Assembly: GCA_900540625.1 (NCBI GenBank)
Contig: UQGP01000004.1
Location: forward strand, 3,607-67,606
Direction: 5' to 3'
Length of the DNA: 64,000 nt
Origin: an uncultured Porphyromonadaceae bacterium
GTDB lineage: Bacteria; Bacteroidota; Bacteroidia; Bacteroidales; Muribaculaceae
Shown: in pieces, positions 39,065-49,499 of the stretch
Layout: every line of letters begins with the position of its first letter
Numbering within the stretch: position 1 is the first letter of the stretch
The notes under the pieces: generated by a model
The model's database searches: none
The model's input: only the letters and a program-made list of their open reading frames with translations
Told to the model about the DNA's origin: nothing
Position numbers and translations under genes: made by a program

Positions 39065-41692
39065 ATGAGAACATCCTTACGCCTTATTGCTGCGGCCGTA
39101 TCGATGCTGACTATCGGGGCAGATATGTCAGCATTGACGACAGACGAGCCCATCACCATCTCGGGCAAAGAGTATATCTTGCGCACGTATGTGCGTCGAG
39201 ACATAGGCCCGGGTACGACATACACCCGATACAGTGTCATCGGTTTCCCGCTCAATGTCAACGTTATAACCATGGACCTTGACAATCCGTATAATACGCT
39301 CGAAACCATGCAGGCCAAGGACCGTACTAACAATACCGAGACAATGGTGTCGGCAGCAGCACGCTACACCACGCCCGGACATAAGGTCACCGGCGGTGCC
39401 AACGGTAACTTCTGGTGCGTAAGTTCGCAGTATCCTGCGTCCGACTTCTTGGTCGGCACGGTATTCGGCGCTGACGTACGCGACGGCAAGGTCATCACCA
39501 ATACGGTGATGGTTACCGACCCGTGGTGCGATATCAAACAGACGCCTATCGTAGGCCTTGACATGGACAAGAAGTTATGGCTCAAGCCTATGAGCTGGAA
39601 GGGTACCATCAAAAGCGACAAATTTGATGCTACGGAGTTCACACAGGTCAACCGCGTAACGCATGACGGCCAAATGTGTATGTACAACAGCTACTTCGGC
39701 CGCGACAAAGCTTTCCAGCCCGTCGAATGGTATTCCGAAGGTAATACTTGGCACTGGCGCATTATCCCCGGCGTCAGCACCGAGGTTTACCTCGACCTTT
39801 GCGAAGGCGAGCAATGGAAAGTCGGCGAGGACATGCGTTGCGTCGTACGCAAAGTCGTACCCAATGCCGGTACCGGAGTGTTGGGCGACTACGAACTGGC
39901 TTTTGTAGGCCGCGGCGCTTGTGCCGATGCACTCAACAAATTGGCTGAAGGCGATATCGTTACCGTCAACCAGGGATGGACCACATACGACACAAACGAG
40001 ACTCCTCGTCTATACAACTGTATCCAGGGCCTGTCCAATATCATCAACGACGGTGTCAATGACGATGCCGGTAATGCGTTGGATTACAATGCCAAAGTGT
40101 ACTCGCGTACCGGATATGGCTCCTCGGCTGACGGTCGTACGCTATATCTGATGGTTATAGACAAGTCCACTGACTTCGATTGGGGTCCCTCGGCCGGTTG
40201 CACTACAGCCGATATGGCCGATATTGCCCGTCACCTCGGATGTACCACCATGTCCGTACTCGATGCCGGCGGTTCGGCACAGCTTTTTGTGCAAGACCGA
40301 GTAATCAACACCACCACCGAGACCGTTCCCCGTGCCATCGCCAACGGTATGTTCTGCGTATCCACGGCACCCGAAGACAACACCGTGACGCGTATAGCAT
40401 TCAACGATGTAGACATTACCGTCCCCACATATTCCACCTCCATTCCGCGTATTCTCGGCTACAACAAGTACGGCGATCTTGTGGACGAAAACTTCTTTGA
40501 CGCACAACTGAGCTGCGATGCTGCTCTGGGTACCTGCGAGGGCAATACCTTTATGGCCGGCAATACTCCCGGTGTGGGCACGCTGACAGCTACTTACGGC
40601 GACTGCACCATATCCAAGCAGATAGAAGTAGTCAAGGCTGACGTAGCATTAAAGCTGAGCAACATCGTCATTGATGACACTCGTGAGTATATGCTCGAAG
40701 TTGAAGCTACCGTCAACGGCGAATTATACTCCTACGATCCCACCGAATTCCAGTGGGAAGTGGCTGACCGCAGTATTGCCGATATCGATGTTCACGGAAT
40801 GCTCCGCGGCACCAAGAACGGCACCACCACCATCACCGGCACACGAGGCGAACTGGCGCTGACGGCCACCGTCAACGTGCAGATTGCCGAATCGGAGGCC
40901 GTGTCGCAAGACAGCTGGGACAACTGGAAAGTCTCGGGCTTCGGTGTCAAGAACACTACCGTGACTTCCGACGGCGATGTGACATTCAATGTCAACAGCC
41001 TGCGCAACTCCTATGTGCAATTCAAGAAAGACTATGACATCTTCAGCTGCCCCGACAGCCTGACACTCAACTTCTACACCTCGGCCAAATTCAATTCGGT
41101 AATCTTCTGCGTACGCTCCGCCGGCTCCAAGAACATCAACGTGAAGATTGAGCCGGCCGAAGGCTACGATTATTTCCAGCCCACCGCTACCGAAGCTAAG
41201 GTGACAGGCGCTGACGGCGTTACTCGCCGCTGCCGTATGTATGTACCGGCCGGAAGCGCGGAGATGCAAGTTGTTCTCCCGATAAGCGCACTTGGCGAGC
41301 CCTCGTATGTAGGCACTTACCCCATCAATATGCAGTTTGTACGTTTCGGCCTGCTCAGCTCGGCTCAGGACAATATGGGAACGCACACTATGCGCATAGG
41401 ACGCCTGGTAGCACACTACAATCGTGAAAATGCCGTCGAGGACATTGCTGTTGACGGCGGCACAAGCCCGGCATTGACTATCTGGCCCAATCCGGTGGAT
41501 GCCGGTGGCAATATCAATGTAGGCGGTGTGTCCGGAATCGTACGTGCCGACATCTACAGCCTGGCCGGAGCGCGTATATTCTCGACCGGCGATGCTGCGT
41601 GCATCAATGCGCCCTCTGTCCCCGGCGTATACCTGCTGCGCGTCACCGGAGCCGACGGCACTGCTGCCGTGGCCAAACTCGTTGTCCGTTGA
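39065..41692 (+). CDS. T9SS cargo with a phosphodiester-glycosidase-like (NAGPA/DUF2233-like) domain and a Big_2 Ig-like domain
   Basis: The 875-aa ORF has a signal peptide. GGANGNFW and LDAGGSAQL motifs are typical of the phosphodiester glycosidase family. There is a Big_2-like segment (WEVADRSIADIDVHGMLRGTKNGTTTITG). The C-terminus LTIWPNPVDAGG...GVYLLRVTGADGTAAVAKLVVR fits a T9SS CTD. Confidence 0.65.
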   Translation: MRTSLRLIAAAVSMLTIGADMSALTTDEPITISGKEYILRTYVRRDIGPGTTYTRYSVIGFPLNVNVITMDLDNPYNTLETMQAKDRTNNTETMVSAAARYTTPGHKVTGGANGNFWCVSSQYPASDFLVGTVFGADVRDGKVITNTVMVTDPWCDIKQTPIVGLDMDKKLWLKPMSWKGTIKSDKFDATEFTQVNRVTHDGQMCMYNSYFGRDKAFQPVEWYSEGNTWHWRIIPGVSTEVYLDLCEGEQWKVGEDMRCVVRKVVPNAGTGVLGDYELAFVGRGACADALNKLAEGDIVTVNQGWTTYDTNETPRLYNCIQGLSNIINDGVNDDAGNALDYNAKVYSRTGYGSSADGRTLYLMVIDKSTDFDWGPSAGCTTADMADIARHLGCTTMSVLDAGGSAQLFVQDRVINTTTETVPRAIANGMFCVSTAPEDNTVTRIAFNDVDITVPTYSTSIPRILGYNKYGDLVDENFFDAQLSCDAALGTCEGNTFMAGNTPGVGTLTATYGDCTISKQIEVVKADVALKLSNIVIDDTREYMLEVEATVNGELYSYDPTEFQWEVADRSIADIDVHGMLRGTKNGTTTITGTRGELALTATVNVQIAESEAVSQDSWDNWKVSGFGVKNTTVTSDGDVTFNVNSLRNSYVQFKKDYDIFSCPDSLTLNFYTSAKFNSVIFCVRSAGSKNINVKIEPAEGYDYFQPTATEAKVTGADGVTRRCRMYVPAGSAEMQVVLPISALGEPSYVGTYPINMQFVRFGLLSSAQDNMGTHTMRIGRLVAHYNRENAVEDIAVDGGTSPALTIWPNPVDAGGNINVGGVSGIVRADIYSLAGARIFSTGDAACINAPSVPGVYLLRVTGADGTAAVAKLVVR

Positions 41693-41793
41693 TGCGGACA
41701 GCGCACGCTGAACGATAATCACATACAAAGAGCAACGCCATAGACCTATGGCGTTGCTCATATATAAATACGAACACAACAGAATACACTACA

Positions 41794-42918
41794 ATGAAGC
41801 TTTACGACGTTTATCCGCTTTTTGACATAGAAATAGACCATGGCAAAGGCTGCCGCGTGTACGACAGCAAGGGCACCGAGTACTTGGATCTCTATGGCGG
41901 CCATGCCGTTATCTCCATAGGTCATGGACATCCGCACTACCTTGAAGCGTTGCGCCGTCAAGCCGAAAAGCTTGTATTCTATTCCAACTCGGTGGTCAAT
42001 CCGCTGCAACAGCGCCTTGCCGATGCGCTGGGGCGCGCCTGCGGATACGATGATTACGCCCTGTTCTTGGTCAATAGCGGCGCTGAAGCCAACGAAAACG
42101 CACTCAAATTGGCGTCCTTCCACACCGGGCGCAGCCGCGTCATAGCCCTCCGCCACGCCTTCCACGGCCGCACTTCCGCTGCAGTCGAAGCTACGGACAA
42201 TCCCCACATTCAGGCGCCGCTGAATCATGGCGGCCATGTATGCTTTGTCGAGATGGGTGACATCGAGGCCGTGAAGCGCGAGATAGCCCAAGGCGATGTA
42301 GCTGCTGTCATCATCGAAGGCATCCAAGGCGTGGGCGGCATCATCGTTCCCGAAGATGCTTATATGCGTCAGTTGCGTGACGTCACTGCCCAAGCCGGCG
42401 TTGTCCTCATCTTGGACGAAATACAGAGTGGCTACGGTCGCACCGGACGCTTCTTTGCACACCAATATGCAGACATTCGCCCCGATATAATCACCGTAGC
42501 CAAGGGTATAGCCAACGGATATCCCATGGGCGGCGTAATTATATCACCGGCCTTCAAACCCGTATACGGACAGTTGGGTACCACCTTCGGCGGCAATCAT
42601 TTGGGCTGTGCAGCCGCAATAGCCGTGCTCGAGGTTATCGAAAAAGAAAAGCTCGTGGACAATGCCGCCAATGTCGGTGCATACCTCTTGGAGCAACTGC
42701 GCCAAATCCCGGGTTTGGCCGATGTGCGTGGGCGCGGTCTGATGATAGCCATCGATATGCCGTATCCGGTCAAGGAGTTGCGTTCGCGTCTGATACACGA
42801 GCAACACGTATTCACCGGAGCTGCGGGTACGCAAACCATACGCCTATTGCCTCCGCTGTGTCTCACTCGCGAGGATGCCGACCTGTTTCTCGAGCGCTTC
42901 AAACAAGCCCTGGGCTGA
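41794..42918 (+). CDS. argD: Acetylornithine aminotransferase (class III PLP aminotransferase)
   Basis: The 374-aa ORF reads MKLYDVYPLFDIEIDHGKGCRVYDSKGTEYLDLYGGHAVISIGHGHP and has the PLP-lysine region ITVAKGIANGYPMGG. Confidence 0.8.
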   Translation: MKLYDVYPLFDIEIDHGKGCRVYDSKGTEYLDLYGGHAVISIGHGHPHYLEALRRQAEKLVFYSNSVVNPLQQRLADALGRACGYDDYALFLVNSGAEANENALKLASFHTGRSRVIALRHAFHGRTSAAVEATDNPHIQAPLNHGGHVCFVEMGDIEAVKREIAQGDVAAVIIEGIQGVGGIIVPEDAYMRQLRDVTAQAGVVLILDEIQSGYGRTGRFFAHQYADIRPDIITVAKGIANGYPMGGVIISPAFKPVYGQLGTTFGGNHLGCAAAIAVLEVIEKEKLVDNAANVGAYLLEQLRQIPGLADVRGRGLMIAIDMPYPVKELRSRLIHEQHVFTGAAGTQTIRLLPPLCLTREDADLFLERFKQALG

Positions 42919-43085
42919 GGCAAATCGCAATCGAAAGAATGTATGTGCCGCTTTGCACATACATCGTGCCATGTAAAATGCTGACCGAAAAACGGTAATG
43001 ATATTTGCAATTGTTCCCGTAAAGCATAATCCCCCGAAAATATCTAAATAACCAAAAATATAGGATTAACCTCTAAAAACGAAAG

Positions 43086-45767
43086 ATGAAACATCCTCTA
43101 ATCTGTACTCTTATGGCGGTGCTATCGGGCTTTGGCATCACGGCCGGCGCCGCCAATTCGTACTACGTGGGCAGTGCCGCAACGGCCGGGTCATCGGTAT
43201 CCTATCGCGGAACCACGTTCACCTCGGGTGTCACTGCCTTTGCCGACCTTAAGTCCCTTATGTCGGCACGTCCCGCTTCCGGCTCTACGGTATATGTCGA
43301 TGCCGGGACCTACGGCGATGCAGTCACTATCGATGTGCCCGGGCTTACGCTACTGGGCGCTAATGCATATTGCGATGCGCGTTCGGCCAATCGCACGGCG
43401 GCCGAGAGTGCCATTTCCGGCGAACTTAATGTTACGGCGGACAATATCACCGTCAACGGCTTCCGCTTTACGGGCGCCGGCTGTGTCTCCAATAGTACGG
43501 CCACTAATGTCGCGCCGATGTCCGGGCTGACATTCGTGTATAATGTCGCCGATGGAAGCAGTCTGCCGCGCAGCAATTCCCAGTCCATTCTTCACCTGGG
43601 TGCTTACTACACCGGGACGGACGCCGCTACGGATGCCGCTATGGGACGCTATCGTAATATTACGGTGTCTCACAACGACTTCAACGGACGCCGAAACACG
43701 GCCAACCAGCCGTATGTCGTTTGGATTGCCGGTTCGGCCGGTACGACAGTCGTTGAGGACAACCGTTTTGACGGCGGCGGCACCTCGGTATCGTTGATTA
43801 ATACCACCGGTAATGCCCGCGTGGACGGCAACATTTTCACCAATGTAGGCGATACGCTTGCCGCGGCCGGAAGTGCCAAGGGCGAATTCTGCATCCGTCT
43901 GTTTTATGTCGGAGTGGACAAATCGGCCACCGATATCAGTGTATGCCGCAACAGCTTTGACAAGTGTCAGGGACAGTCGTCGCTGTATCCGCTCATACGC
44001 TTTTTCAACGGCGACAAATCCAATGCCGGAGTCAAGCCTCAAAACACAGTCATACACCTCAATTACAACAGCTTCAAGCGCAAGCCCAAGCATAGTTCGC
44101 AGACATACAACTACGTATTCTATGCAAACAAGGACTACACGTCCGGAGCCATTGTCGACGCTCGCTTCAATCAATTCGACAACAGCGATTATGCCATGGG
44201 TATGATACAGCAGCCTTACGAGAGCTCGCAGACACGCTACTTCGGCGGCAGCACCACATTGTTCCGCTTCCCCTCGTCGTACGGCACGACTATGGACTAC
44301 TACAAAGACCCGTTGAACAATGAAATCAAGGCGTTGCAACTCAAGAGTGACCGCGTGGCCCAGAGTTTCGATGTAGATGACACCACCGGAGATATATACT
44401 TTATACAGATATGCCCGGCTTCGCAGTCTTCGGGCCGCGACCTCAAAGGCGAAGAGCCCTTATGCGTTACGCGCTATTACAAGACTACGGAAGGCACTAT
44501 GCGCAAGCAGTATATGTATCTGCAGTATGCAGGTCACGGATCCAATATGGCCGTATGTCGTATGAATGATGGCAAATTGTATATCTTCACCGGCGGCAAC
44601 AGCCTTGATCCGCCCGAAGCGACACGTGTTATGAGCCGCGCATGCTGCATCTTCCCTTTCGTCGCAGGTGCCACGGCCGACCTCACCAAGACATCCTTTA
44701 CGTACAACAGTAAGACATATAAGATTCGTCAGTTTACCAACCACTTCAATCGTAGCTGGCAATATCCCACCGTCGACCGCGACAATCGACTGTATGCCGA
44801 GCGTCAGAGCAAGAGCAAGGTCGTATATTTCGCAATATATGATTTGGACGATGTCTTTAATAATGTAAATAAGGCTCGTCCCATCAAGGTGATACCTTTC
44901 CCTTACGGATGCAATCCCGCCACTACGGGCGCATTGGCCGGCTTTGATGAAGGCTTCCAAACATGGCCGCCTCAGGGATTTACAGTCTATGGCGACTACA
45001 TCTATCACTTTGAAGGTGTGGGCCAGGATAATGATAAAGCCATCACCTATAATAGCAAAAAAATACCTACGGTGGTAGTACACGCGCACAATTGGCGCAT
45101 GGATCGCTTTGCATATCGTACTCCGGTATTGCGTAGCGCCGTTATAAATACTTTCAGCGGCGAACCCGAGGGCGTCAAGCTGCATCGAGACAAGTCCGGA
45201 CGTCCGCACATGCTTATGGGCATCGTCAGCGGTAAGGCCGGTGCGCGTCGAGCCAATATCTTTGATTTTGCACCCAATAGCGTCAGCGGTTACTCTTATA
45301 CCCTCGAAAAGGCATCGACCACTTCGACCTCTGCGTCTTTGTCGTTTGTATGTCAGGGTCTTAAGGAAACAGACCGACAGACACTGACGTTGGAACACGA
45401 CCGCCTGACAGCAGCACCGCAAATCGTAATCACCGGCCCGGATGCCGACTGCTTCAGCATCGGTGGAAGCGTAGGTCCGCTGGACACGGCCTCGACGCAC
45501 GAAATCACGTTCACGCCCAAAAAGGGACAAGACAACTATAAGGCAGCCGTACGTATTTCTTCACCCAATGCCGCCGACCTTATAATTCCTTTGACCGGTA
45601 AATGTTCCGACAGCACGGGCATCATCGACCTTAGCGCCGATGCTACCGCCGGCGAGGCAGTGTATTATGACCTCCGCGGTATCTGCCTGGGCGCCGAGCT
45701 CCCCGATGCTCCGGGAGTGTACATCGTCCGCCAAGGTTCGAAAGTCACTAAGATTGCCATCCGATAA
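43086..45767 (+). CDS. T9SS cargo with a right-handed parallel beta-helix (pectate-lyase-fold) region
   Basis: The 893-aa ORF has a signal peptide and repeated beta-helix-like coils (NITVNGFRFTGAG, NITVSHNDFNG, VVEDNRFDGGG, RVDGNIFTNVG). The C-terminus AVYYDLRGICLG...GVYIVRQGSKVTKIAIR fits a T9SS CTD. Confidence 0.6.
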   Translation: MKHPLICTLMAVLSGFGITAGAANSYYVGSAATAGSSVSYRGTTFTSGVTAFADLKSLMSARPASGSTVYVDAGTYGDAVTIDVPGLTLLGANAYCDARSANRTAAESAISGELNVTADNITVNGFRFTGAGCVSNSTATNVAPMSGLTFVYNVADGSSLPRSNSQSILHLGAYYTGTDAATDAAMGRYRNITVSHNDFNGRRNTANQPYVVWIAGSAGTTVVEDNRFDGGGTSVSLINTTGNARVDGNIFTNVGDTLAAAGSAKGEFCIRLFYVGVDKSATDISVCRNSFDKCQGQSSLYPLIRFFNGDKSNAGVKPQNTVIHLNYNSFKRKPKHSSQTYNYVFYANKDYTSGAIVDARFNQFDNSDYAMGMIQQPYESSQTRYFGGSTTLFRFPSSYGTTMDYYKDPLNNEIKALQLKSDRVAQSFDVDDTTGDIYFIQICPASQSSGRDLKGEEPLCVTRYYKTTEGTMRKQYMYLQYAGHGSNMAVCRMNDGKLYIFTGGNSLDPPEATRVMSRACCIFPFVAGATADLTKTSFTYNSKTYKIRQFTNHFNRSWQYPTVDRDNRLYAERQSKSKVVYFAIYDLDDVFNNVNKARPIKVIPFPYGCNPATTGALAGFDEGFQTWPPQGFTVYGDYIYHFEGVGQDNDKAITYNSKKIPTVVVHAHNWRMDRFAYRTPVLRSAVINTFSGEPEGVKLHRDKSGRPHMLMGIVSGKAGARRANIFDFAPNSVSGYSYTLEKASTTSTSASLSFVCQGLKETDRQTLTLEHDRLTAAPQIVITGPDADCFSIGGSVGPLDTASTHEITFTPKKGQDNYKAAVRISSPNAADLIIPLTGKCSDSTGIIDLSADATAGEAVYYDLRGICLGAELPDAPGVYIVRQGSKVTKIAIR

Positions 45768-45774
45768 AGCATGC

Positions 45775-45840
45775 CGAACTCGGAGTTCTCGGAAATCTCG
45801 GAGCAATCCGAGAAGCTGAAAACTCCGAGTCCGAAGCATG
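45775..45840. repeat. Short degenerate repeats ctcggag / ctccgag in a convergent intergenic region
   Basis: ctcggagttctcggaaatctcggagcaatccgagaagctgaaaactccgagtccgaag contains direct copies that can pair with the inverted copy. Confidence 0.5.
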
Positions 45841-45951
45841 ACTCGAAAGACATTGAGTAATAAGCAACGAGGCGCGTCCCGTGTGGGGCGCGCCTCGTTG
45901 GCTATTGTCGGGTGGTGTCAGCTGCGGCGGATGGCCGCGCCGACATTGCCG

Positions 45952-48900
45952 TTAGAGATTGCGACCGTGGCAGTTTTTGTATTTCTTGCCCGATCCGCAG
46001 GGGCAGGGATCGTTTCGGCCGATGCGCGGTCCTGCTTTGACGGGCATTGTGCGCTGCGGTTCGCCTTGGCGTTGAGCGGCTGCGGCTCGCTGAGCGGCTT
46101 CTGCGGTAGCGGCGGCATTGGCCTCGCTGGGCAGGGTGGCGTTGGAGGTCTTGAAGTCTCCGCGCGAGGTCTGATAGTTGGGACGCGTGGTGTGCTGCTG
46201 AGGCATAGCGCGTGACATTTCGGGTGCGGAGGGTTGCTCCTGCTGCGGTCTCGGTTGGGGAATGTATACTTGTCCGCGCATCAGCGTGGATACGGCCTTG
46301 GCGTTGAGGTTGGCCAGCATACGTTCAAACAGGTGGAAGGACTCGACTTTGTAGATTACCAGCGGGTCTTTCTGTTCGTAGGAAGCGTTGCGCACGCTTT
46401 GACGCAGGTCGTCGAGTTCGCGCAGGTGTTCCTTCCAAAGTTCGTCGATGGTGAGCAGCAGCAGCTTCTTTTGCCATTCCTTGACGAGCGAAGCGCCATC
46501 GGTGCGGTTGGCTTCTTCGATGTCGAAGAGTATACGGAAGATGCGCTTGCCGTCGGTGATGGGTATGGCACGTAGGCCCGTTTGGCCTTCTTCGACGGAA
46601 GCTCTTACGACGGGCATAACGATTTCGCGGATGCGTTGGCTCTTGCGGTCGAGGGTCTCGATTGCAGCGGCGTGCAGGCGTTCGATGCGGTCTTCCTTCT
46701 CGAGGTTGGCATATTCCTCGGCGGTGAACGGCGGCTCGATGGTGAGCACGCGCATCAGCTCGACGGCGAGGTCGTCAAAGTCGGCGGCCTGTTCGTAGTT
46801 GCTGACCAGGTTTTCGATGGCATCGTATATCATATTGGAGATGTCGATGCCTATGCGTTCGCCTACGAGGGCGTGATGGCGGCGGGTGTAGATATACGTA
46901 CGCTGTTTGTTCATCACGTCGTCATATTCGAGCAGGTGCTTGCGGATGCCGAAGTTGTTTTCTTCGACGCGCTTCTGGGCCTTTTCGATGCTGTTGTTGA
47001 TCATCTTGTGCTCGAGCATCTCGCCTTCTTTGAATCCGAAGGTGTCAAGGAGTTTCATGATGCGGTCGTTGGCGTATACGCGCATCAATTGGTCCTCGAA
47101 GGACACGTAGAACACTGATGTGCCGGGGTCGCCCTGACGGCCGGCACGTCCGCGGAGCTGACGGTCGACGCGGCGGCTTTCGTGGCGTTCGGTGCCGATG
47201 ATTGCGAGACCTCCGGCGGCCTTAACCTCGGGAGTTAGCTTGATATCGGTACCGCGGCCTGCCATATTTGTGGCGATGGTGACGGTGCCTTTTCGACCGG
47301 CCAGAGCCACGATTTCGGCCTCTTTCTGATGCAATTTGGCGTTGAGCACATTGTGCGGTATGTGTCGCATTTGGAGCATACGTGACAGCAGCTCGGAGAT
47401 TTCGACGGAGGTTGTGCCGACAAGCACGGGGCGACCTTCGCCGACAAGGCGGACGATTTCGTCGATGACGGCAGCGTATTTTTCGCGTTTGGTGCGGTAT
47501 ACACGGTCGTTCATATCGATACGAGCCACGGGCTTATTGGTGGGGATGGTGACTACGTCCAACTTGTAGATGTCCCAGAACTCACCGGCTTCTGTCTCGG
47601 CCGTACCGGTCATACCGGCAAGTTTGTGGTACATACGGAAGTAGTTTTGCAGGGTGATGGTGGCGAAAGTCTGCGTAGCGGCTTCCACCTTGACGCCCTC
47701 CTTGGCTTCGATGGCCTGATGCAGGCCGTCCGAGTAGCGTCGGCCTTCCATGATGCGACCTGTCTGCTCGTCCACAATCTTGATTTTTCCGTCGTCGATG
47801 ACGTATTCGACGTCTTTTTCGAAGAGGGTGTATGCTTTGAGCAACTGGGTGACGGTGTGTACACGTTCGGCCTTGACGGCATAGTCTTGCATGAGTGCGT
47901 CCTTGCGAGCTGCGCGCTCTTCCGGGTTGGCGATGTGTTCCAGGTCGGAAAGCTGGGAGGTGATGTCCGGCAGCACGAAGAATTGCGGGTCGGAGATGCC
48001 GCGCGTCAGTTCGTCAATACCTTTGTCGGTGAGTTCGACCGAGCGGTTTTTCTCGTCGATGACAAAGTATAGCGGGTCGGTGACGATAGGCATTTCGCGT
48101 GCGTTGTCTTGCAGGTAGTGAGCCTCGGTCTCCAGAAGGATGTTTTTCATACCTTCGGTGGAGAGGAACTTGATGAGGGCACCGTTCTTGGGCAGACCCT
48201 TGAATGCGCGGAAGAGCAGCAGTGCGCCTTCTTTGCGTGTGTCTTTGTCTTCGGAGGCGAGTTTTGCCTTTGCTTCGGCAAGTATCTGAGTGACAAGACG
48301 CTGTTGTGCTTGTACTACATTCTTGACGTTCTGCTTGAATTCATCGAAGTATTGGTCATCGCCTTTGGGCACGGGGCCTGAGATAATAAGAGGCGTACGG
48401 GCGTCATCGATAAGGACGCTGTCGACCTCATCGACGATGGCGTAGTAGTGTTTGCGCTGTACCATGTCTTCGGGGTCCATGGCCATATTGTCGCGCAGGT
48501 AGTCAAAGCCGAATTCGTTGTTGGTGCCGAAAGTGATGTCGCAGTTGTAAGCGGCGCGGCGTTCGGGGGTATTGGGCTCATGCTTGTCGATGCAGTCTAC
48601 GGTCGAACCGTGGAACATGTACAGCGGCCCCATCCATTCGGAGTCACGCTTGGAGAGGTAGTCGTTGACGGTAACCACGTGTACGCCACGGCGCGAGAGG
48701 CTGCGCAGGAATACGGGGAGTGTGGCCACGAGGGTCTTACCTTCACCGGTGGCCATCTCGGCGATTTTGCCTTGGTGGAGTACGATGCCGCCCATGAGTT
48801 GGACGTCATAGTGTACCATATCCCAGGTGATTTCGTTGCCGCCGGCCATCCAGTGGTTGTGCCAAATGGCCTTGTCTCCGTCGATGGTGACAAAGTCGCG

Positions 48901-49326
48901 ACCTTGTGCGGCGAGGTCGCGGTCAAGCTGGCGAGCGGTGACTACGACATCCGTATTGGCGGCAAAACGTGCTGCGGTTTCGCGCATTACGGCGAAAACT
49001 TCGCAGAGGTGCTCGTCAAGTTTTTTCTCGAGGGTGTCGAGGATGTTTTTTTCGCGGCGGTCGATTTCGTCCCAAAGATGCTGGCGCTGGTCTACGGGCA
49101 GGGTCTCGATGGTGGCGCGAGCCTCTTCGATGGCCTTACGGTCTTCGGCTGTGGCTCCGTCGATGTCGGCGCGTACGGTGTCTATACGTTCACGCAGCTC
49201 GTCGTTGGTCAGCGGCTTCAGCTCCGGGCCTATGGCGTTGATGCGGTCGACAAGCGGTTGCAGCAATTTGCGGTCGCGCGAGGACTTGTCTCCGAATATT
49301 TTGCTTAGAAAGCCTGTAAATGACAT
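45952..49326 (-). CDS. secA: Preprotein translocase ATPase SecA
   Basis: The 1124-aa ORF has the DEAD motor domains (TGEGKTLV), a preprotein-binding domain, and the C-terminal zinc motif [14 protein letters not shown]. Confidence 0.95.
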   Translation of the reverse strand: MSFTGFLSKIFGDKSSRDRKLLQPLVDRINAIGPELKPLTNDELRERIDTVRADIDGATAEDRKAIEEARATIETLPVDQRQHLWDEIDRREKNILDTLEKKLDEHLCEVFAVMRETAARFAANTDVVVTARQLDRDLAAQGRDFVTIDGDKAIWHNHWMAGGNEITWDMVHYDVQLMGGIVLHQGKIAEMATGEGKTLVATLPVFLRSLSRRGVHVVTVNDYLSKRDSEWMGPLYMFHGSTVDCIDKHEPNTPERRAAYNCDITFGTNNEFGFDYLRDNMAMDPEDMVQRKHYYAIVDEVDSVLIDDARTPLIISGPVPKGDDQYFDEFKQNVKNVVQAQQRLVTQILAEAKAKLASEDKDTRKEGALLLFRAFKGLPKNGALIKFLSTEGMKNILLETEAHYLQDNAREMPIVTDPLYFVIDEKNRSVELTDKGIDELTRGISDPQFFVLPDITSQLSDLEHIANPEERAARKDALMQDYAVKAERVHTVTQLLKAYTLFEKDVEYVIDDGKIKIVDEQTGRIMEGRRYSDGLHQAIEAKEGVKVEAATQTFATITLQNYFRMYHKLAGMTGTAETEAGEFWDIYKLDVVTIPTNKPVARIDMNDRVYRTKREKYAAVIDEIVRLVGEGRPVLVGTTSVEISELLSRMLQMRHIPHNVLNAKLHQKEAEIVALAGRKGTVTIATNMAGRGTDIKLTPEVKAAGGLAIIGTERHESRRVDRQLRGRAGRQGDPGTSVFYVSFEDQLMRVYANDRIMKLLDTFGFKEGEMLEHKMINNSIEKAQKRVEENNFGIRKHLLEYDDVMNKQRTYIYTRRHHALVGERIGIDISNMIYDAIENLVSNYEQAADFDDLAVELMRVLTIEPPFTAEEYANLEKEDRIERLHAAAIETLDRKSQRIREIVMPVVRASVEEGQTGLRAIPITDGKRIFRILFDIEEANRTDGASLVKEWQKKLLLLTIDELWKEHLRELDDLRQSVRNASYEQKDPLVIYKVESFHLFERMLANLNAKAVSTLMRGQVYIPQPRPQQEQPSAPEMSRAMPQQHTTRPNYQTSRGDFKTSNATLPSEANAAATAEAAQRAAAAQRQGEPQRTMPVKAGPRIGRNDPCPCGSGKKYKNCHGRNL

Positions 49327-49499
49327 TTGTATAGTGGTGTTAAGATATTATTATTCAGATATATCGAATGTGCGGCGACGCACGTGTCGTACGTGCGAGG
49401 CCAAATATTTTGCAAATATAGGGATTTTTGGCGGAATTGTCAGGCTGTCAGCGTCGAAAAGCGTTGTCTGAGTAATTCGCCGGTGTGTTCGCCGTGTCG

